Shown here: positions 7,388 through 10,169 of the stretch, piece by piece
Layout: every line of letters starts with the position of its first letter
Position numbering within the stretch: position 1 is the first letter of the stretch
Assembly: GCA_038217285.1 (NCBI GenBank)
Contig: JBBQPO010000229.1
Span: forward strand, 1-10,169
Source: Chthonomonadales bacterium
GTDB lineage: Bacteria > Armatimonadota > Chthonomonadetes > Chthonomonadales > Chthonomonadaceae
Reading direction: 5' to 3'
DNA length: 10,169 nt
The notes under the pieces: generated by a model
What the model saw: the letters and a program-made list of their open reading frames with translations, nothing else
What the model was told of the DNA's origin: nothing
Databases searched by the model: none
Program-made: the position numbers and the translations under genes

Positions 7388-7434
7388 GGTTACGATCCTT
7401 TCGCGACCTATCGCATCTGTCTCCTATCCGTGTG

Positions 7435-10167
7435 TCAGGCCTCTGTTGCCTCACGCAACGCGGCGCGCACCCATTCCCGCACATCCTCACGCAAGGGCGG
7501 ATCGCATGTCGCGGCCCCATCGGGCGAGCAGGTTTCCTCCAGATACCGTTCTTTAGCCTGGTTGATCGCTTTGCCGAGGCGCGGACCGTCTATCCCCAGT
7601 TCTTCCGACAGGCCGCTCGTTAAGGTGACGAATATCTTTTCCATCTTCTGACGGCAGACGAGTGTCGGATAGCACAGGAAATAGAAGGCAAGCAGCGCCA
7701 GATCGATCTCTCCAACATTGCCCAGCGGGATAGGCGCAGACGGGCCACGACAGGCCATCATGTCCGCATATCCATGCAGGATCATCAGCGGATACTCAGG
7801 TACATGATCGGAATGGTGTGGATCCAACAGAGGAAACAGATGGGATTTTTCCGCGGACGCCAGTGTGAGGATCACGTCCTGGCGCAGACACATCGTGAGG
7901 GACTCCAAAAACCGCTTGTTCTCATGGTACCGATTGACCTGCGTGTGGTGCTTGTGATGTTTGCGGATCATCTCCAGGGCGGTCAGGCAGGTGTCACTGC
8001 GGCTCGCACCGGATCCGGGAAAAAGGTCCGTCAGGCGCGAGGCAACCAACTGTGCGCCGTAGACTTCGTGCCCGAAGAACTGCGTCTTGTAGGCCTGCGT
8101 CTTTTCGTCCTGGGTCATCACGCGGGTCGCCGGCTTCCCGACATCGTGGAAGAGAGCGACCCACTTGATCAGCAGACGCCGCGAGTCGTTTAGATAGGCT
8201 GCCATCTTCTCTTTCAACTGGGGCAGCAGTGGCTGAATCCATGTGGTGTCAAGAGGTTGCACCTTGCCTCCAAAATCACTCCCCGGCGGCAGGGAGATCC
8301 CCTGTTCCTGGAGGCTCTGTTCGACTTTCTCATCAAGCCGATCCGGATGCAGCAGGCTCTCCATGGGATCTTCCAGGATCTCTTCCAGATAGGCCAGCAC
8401 CAGAAGCGTATGGTCGAAAACATCGAGGTGATGGCTCGCTCCCTGCAGGACGCCGCGTGTCGCATGGAGTGGTTCCAGCGCCTTCTGACCATCTTCGTTT
8501 TCCAGCCAGTAGAGCACGCGGCGCGGAATATATCGGCCCGACAACCACTGCTGCGTCAGCAGGCGCTCGTGCTTTACCGCACTGCGATTTCTCGCGTAAG
8601 GCTCCATCCCCATCATCCGACTGAGGGTGTCTTCCAGAACCCAGTAGAGTGCCATCAGCCAGCGGAAGTTTGCGATGGGAGCGGTGGGAGTTCCGGCGTA
8701 CTGGAGCGTATTCAACACCGTCAAATAGAGGACCGCAAGATACTCGCGCCGGTCCGGCGTATCCTCGCAGAAATAGGGCAAGGCGTGCCGACGAATGGAG
8801 GAGACGCAACGCATGACGTTGACAAGCGCGTCCGCATCCACGCCGAGGCGCGGGGCGATGTTGCGCACGGGCTCCATGCCTGCCTCCGTTGCGGTAAAGG
8901 TATCGAGCAGCAGGATCTCCATCTGCATCGCCTCTTCTTCGGTGTTCTCCTTCGAAGCGAGGTCCAGACACCAGAGGCGCACATAGACCTCCAGCTTGGT
9001 GAAATCGAACAGCGTGGGGCCGATTCCCGTCTCGCCAAAGTCTATGAGCCAGACATTGCTTTGATCCGCGAGGATGTTGCGGGGTTGCAGGTCGCCGTGA
9101 ATCAGGGAGTATCGAAGAGTCACCTGCTCCATCAGGCGATAGAGCAGGCCATCCCGGTTTTTGCCCAGTAGATGTGTGACCAGGTGTTCTCTCTGAACGA
9201 ACGCGATGTCCCACATTAGTTGTGCGGTAAATTGGCTGCGTTTCTCCGTATTGGATAGTTCGAATCTTCCAAACAGTGCGAGGGCGTCCTTCGGGCCGGC
9301 GCCCCGGAACATTTTCCACCAATTGCCGAGTTTCTCCGGGGCGCATCCGGTGTACCAGGTATGGGTGATCGCAAAGACCTTGTCCAGTACATGGTCTACC
9401 TGTTTGGAGTTCGCGGTATCTCGGAGGACGGATTGGAACGGCTGCGCCTGCAGCAGATCGCCTCCCAGAAACGTTCCGATAATCGTAGCGTAGGGAGGTT
9501 CGTCCGGTGAAGCGCCGGGCATACGGGCCGTCAGGAACTCTTCACTGCGGGACATGAAAGGATGGGTGCGATCCGCGAGGAAGACTTGATACCGCTCCCA
9601 CTCTTCGCGCGCCTTGCCTCTTGCGCCTGTCTTGATCAGCAGATTTGCGCCCCATGCCTGGCAGACCGCATCCAGCGGCGCGGTCCCCACAAACTCGGGC
9701 CGAGTCGTGTTGGGATTGCGCAATCGGGGGCGAAACACCAGCACATCGCTGCCCCCAAGCCCCGAAGTAAAGCGTCTTAGCCCGACGACCTCGGAGAAGC
9801 GCCTGTAACTGTGCCACAACAAAGCCGCCTTCGTCTGCTCCCAGCGACGCGCGGCTTCCGGGTTGCTTTTCAGCGCTTGAGCGGCGATGGGATCTCTCAA
9901 GAGAAGCGCATCGTTGATAGTACAGTGCGTCCAGCGAAGTAGGAGCAGGCAGTCCGGGATATCGGCTGCAGGATCGGCCTTGAGCGTGACCTCCCACTCT
10001 TCTTCTTGGGCCGGTCCCATTGCAACGGATGCAATAACCTCAAACTGACCGGCGCTCAGCGAATTGACATGCACGGTAAATTCGCGCGGTCCGCAGTGTG
10101 CCGCGAGAACAGGATCGGCGGTACTCACTGCATCCAACTTCAGCCGCAGGCATAGTCTGACCGACGT
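7435..10167 (-). CDS. APH/TCAD9-like phosphotransferase (kinase fold) fused to a C-terminal HD phosphohydrolase of the CCA/poly(A)-polymerase-associated type; 5' end probably outside the window
   Basis: Kinase motifs: SGLGGSDV (Gly loop 9748-9765), LLIKTG, EEWERY, IHGDLQPRNIL (9076-9099), WLIDFG (9034-9045), FDFTKLE. HD motifs: HHLDVFDHT (8407-8433), ALFHDVGKP (8131-8148), FFGHEVYGA, IRKHH, GYAD, and a GPRLG tail. The frame stays open above the TTG at 10137 (TSVRLCLRLK) to the window edge. Confidence 0.88.
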   Translation of the reverse strand, partial: TSVRLCLRLKLDAVSTADPVLAAHCGPREFTVHVNSLSAGQFEVIASVAMGPAQEEEWEVTLKADPAADIPDCLLLLRWTHCTINDALLLRDPIAAQALKSNPEAARRWEQTKAALLWHSYRRFSEVVGLRRFTSGLGGSDVLVFRPRLRNPNTTRPEFVGTAPLDAVCQAWGANLLIKTGARGKAREEWERYQVFLADRTHPFMSRSEEFLTARMPGASPDEPPYATIIGTFLGGDLLQAQPFQSVLRDTANSKQVDHVLDKVFAITHTWYTGCAPEKLGNWWKMFRGAGPKDALALFGRFELSNTEKRSQFTAQLMWDIAFVQREHLVTHLLGKNRDGLLYRLMEQVTLRYSLIHGDLQPRNILADQSNVWLIDFGETGIGPTLFDFTKLEVYVRLWCLDLASKENTEEEAMQMEILLLDTFTATEAGMEPVRNIAPRLGVDADALVNVMRCVSSIRRHALPYFCEDTPDRREYLAVLYLTVLNTLQYAGTPTAPIANFRWLMALYWVLEDTLSRMMGMEPYARNRSAVKHERLLTQQWLSGRYIPRRVLYWLENEDGQKALEPLHATRGVLQGASHHLDVFDHTLLVLAYLEEILEDPMESLLHPDRLDEKVEQSLQEQGISLPPGSDFGGKVQPLDTTWIQPLLPQLKEKMAAYLNDSRRLLIKWVALFHDVGKPATRVMTQDEKTQAYKTQFFGHEVYGAQLVASRLTDLFPGSGASRSDTCLTALEMIRKHHKHHTQVNRYHENKRFLESLTMCLRQDVILTLASAEKSHLFPLLDPHHSDHVPEYPLMILHGYADMMACRGPSAPIPLGNVGEIDLALLAFYFLCYPTLVCRQKMEKIFVTLTSGLSEELGIDGPRLGKAINQAKERYLEETCSPDGAATCDPPLREDVREWVRAALREATEA

Positions 10168-10169
10168 TG

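Noticed and set aside
7408-7425. Minus-strand mini-ORF ATG-CGA-TAG behind AGGAG, between the kinase-HD and Fic genes
   Set aside because: The SD spacing is only 4 nt, such a short pattern arises easily by chance, and the Fic gene has its own RBS.
7435-8500. Calling the large gene cca/pcnB
   Set aside because: Only the HD-side motifs are present; a kinase fold occupies the position of the nucleotidyltransferase head and no GGxVRD/DxD motif is visible in the window.
8257-9346. ORFs 8257..9171 (+, 304 aa) and 8333..9346 (-, 337 aa)
   Set aside because: They lie wholly within the motif-rich kinase-HD gene; one is the antisense mirror frame and the other has Arg/Pro/Gly-rich off-frame composition.

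Overview
GC-rich bacterial accessory region with two convergent gene arrays that meet in a 26-bp overlap at 3853-3878. The + strand carries three genes: (i) the 3' part of a STAND/NACHT-type NTPase-TPR gene, with an in-frame TAA at 32-34 and a recent 138-bp-period TPR duplication; (ii) a divergent CorA-like gene that is broken or frameshifted near 2470; (iii) a lower-GC gene for a DUF4145/HEPN-like domain, a TM helix and an extracytoplasmic domain. The - strand carries a tight putative operon: an APH/TCAD9-like kinase fused to a CCA-type HD phosphohydrolase (open to the window edge), a Fic protein with a variant HPFYDGCGRISR motif, a calcineurin-like metallophosphoesterase, and an exported TolB-N/CsgG-like + TPR + beta-repeat protein. 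The best candidate for an undescribed system is the kinase-HD / Fic / phosphoesterase cassette, with two modification writers and two potential erasers inside what looks like a conflict/defence island. No RNA genes, CRISPR arrays or mobile elements were seen. All family calls come from reading motifs by eye and need HMM or structure confirmation.
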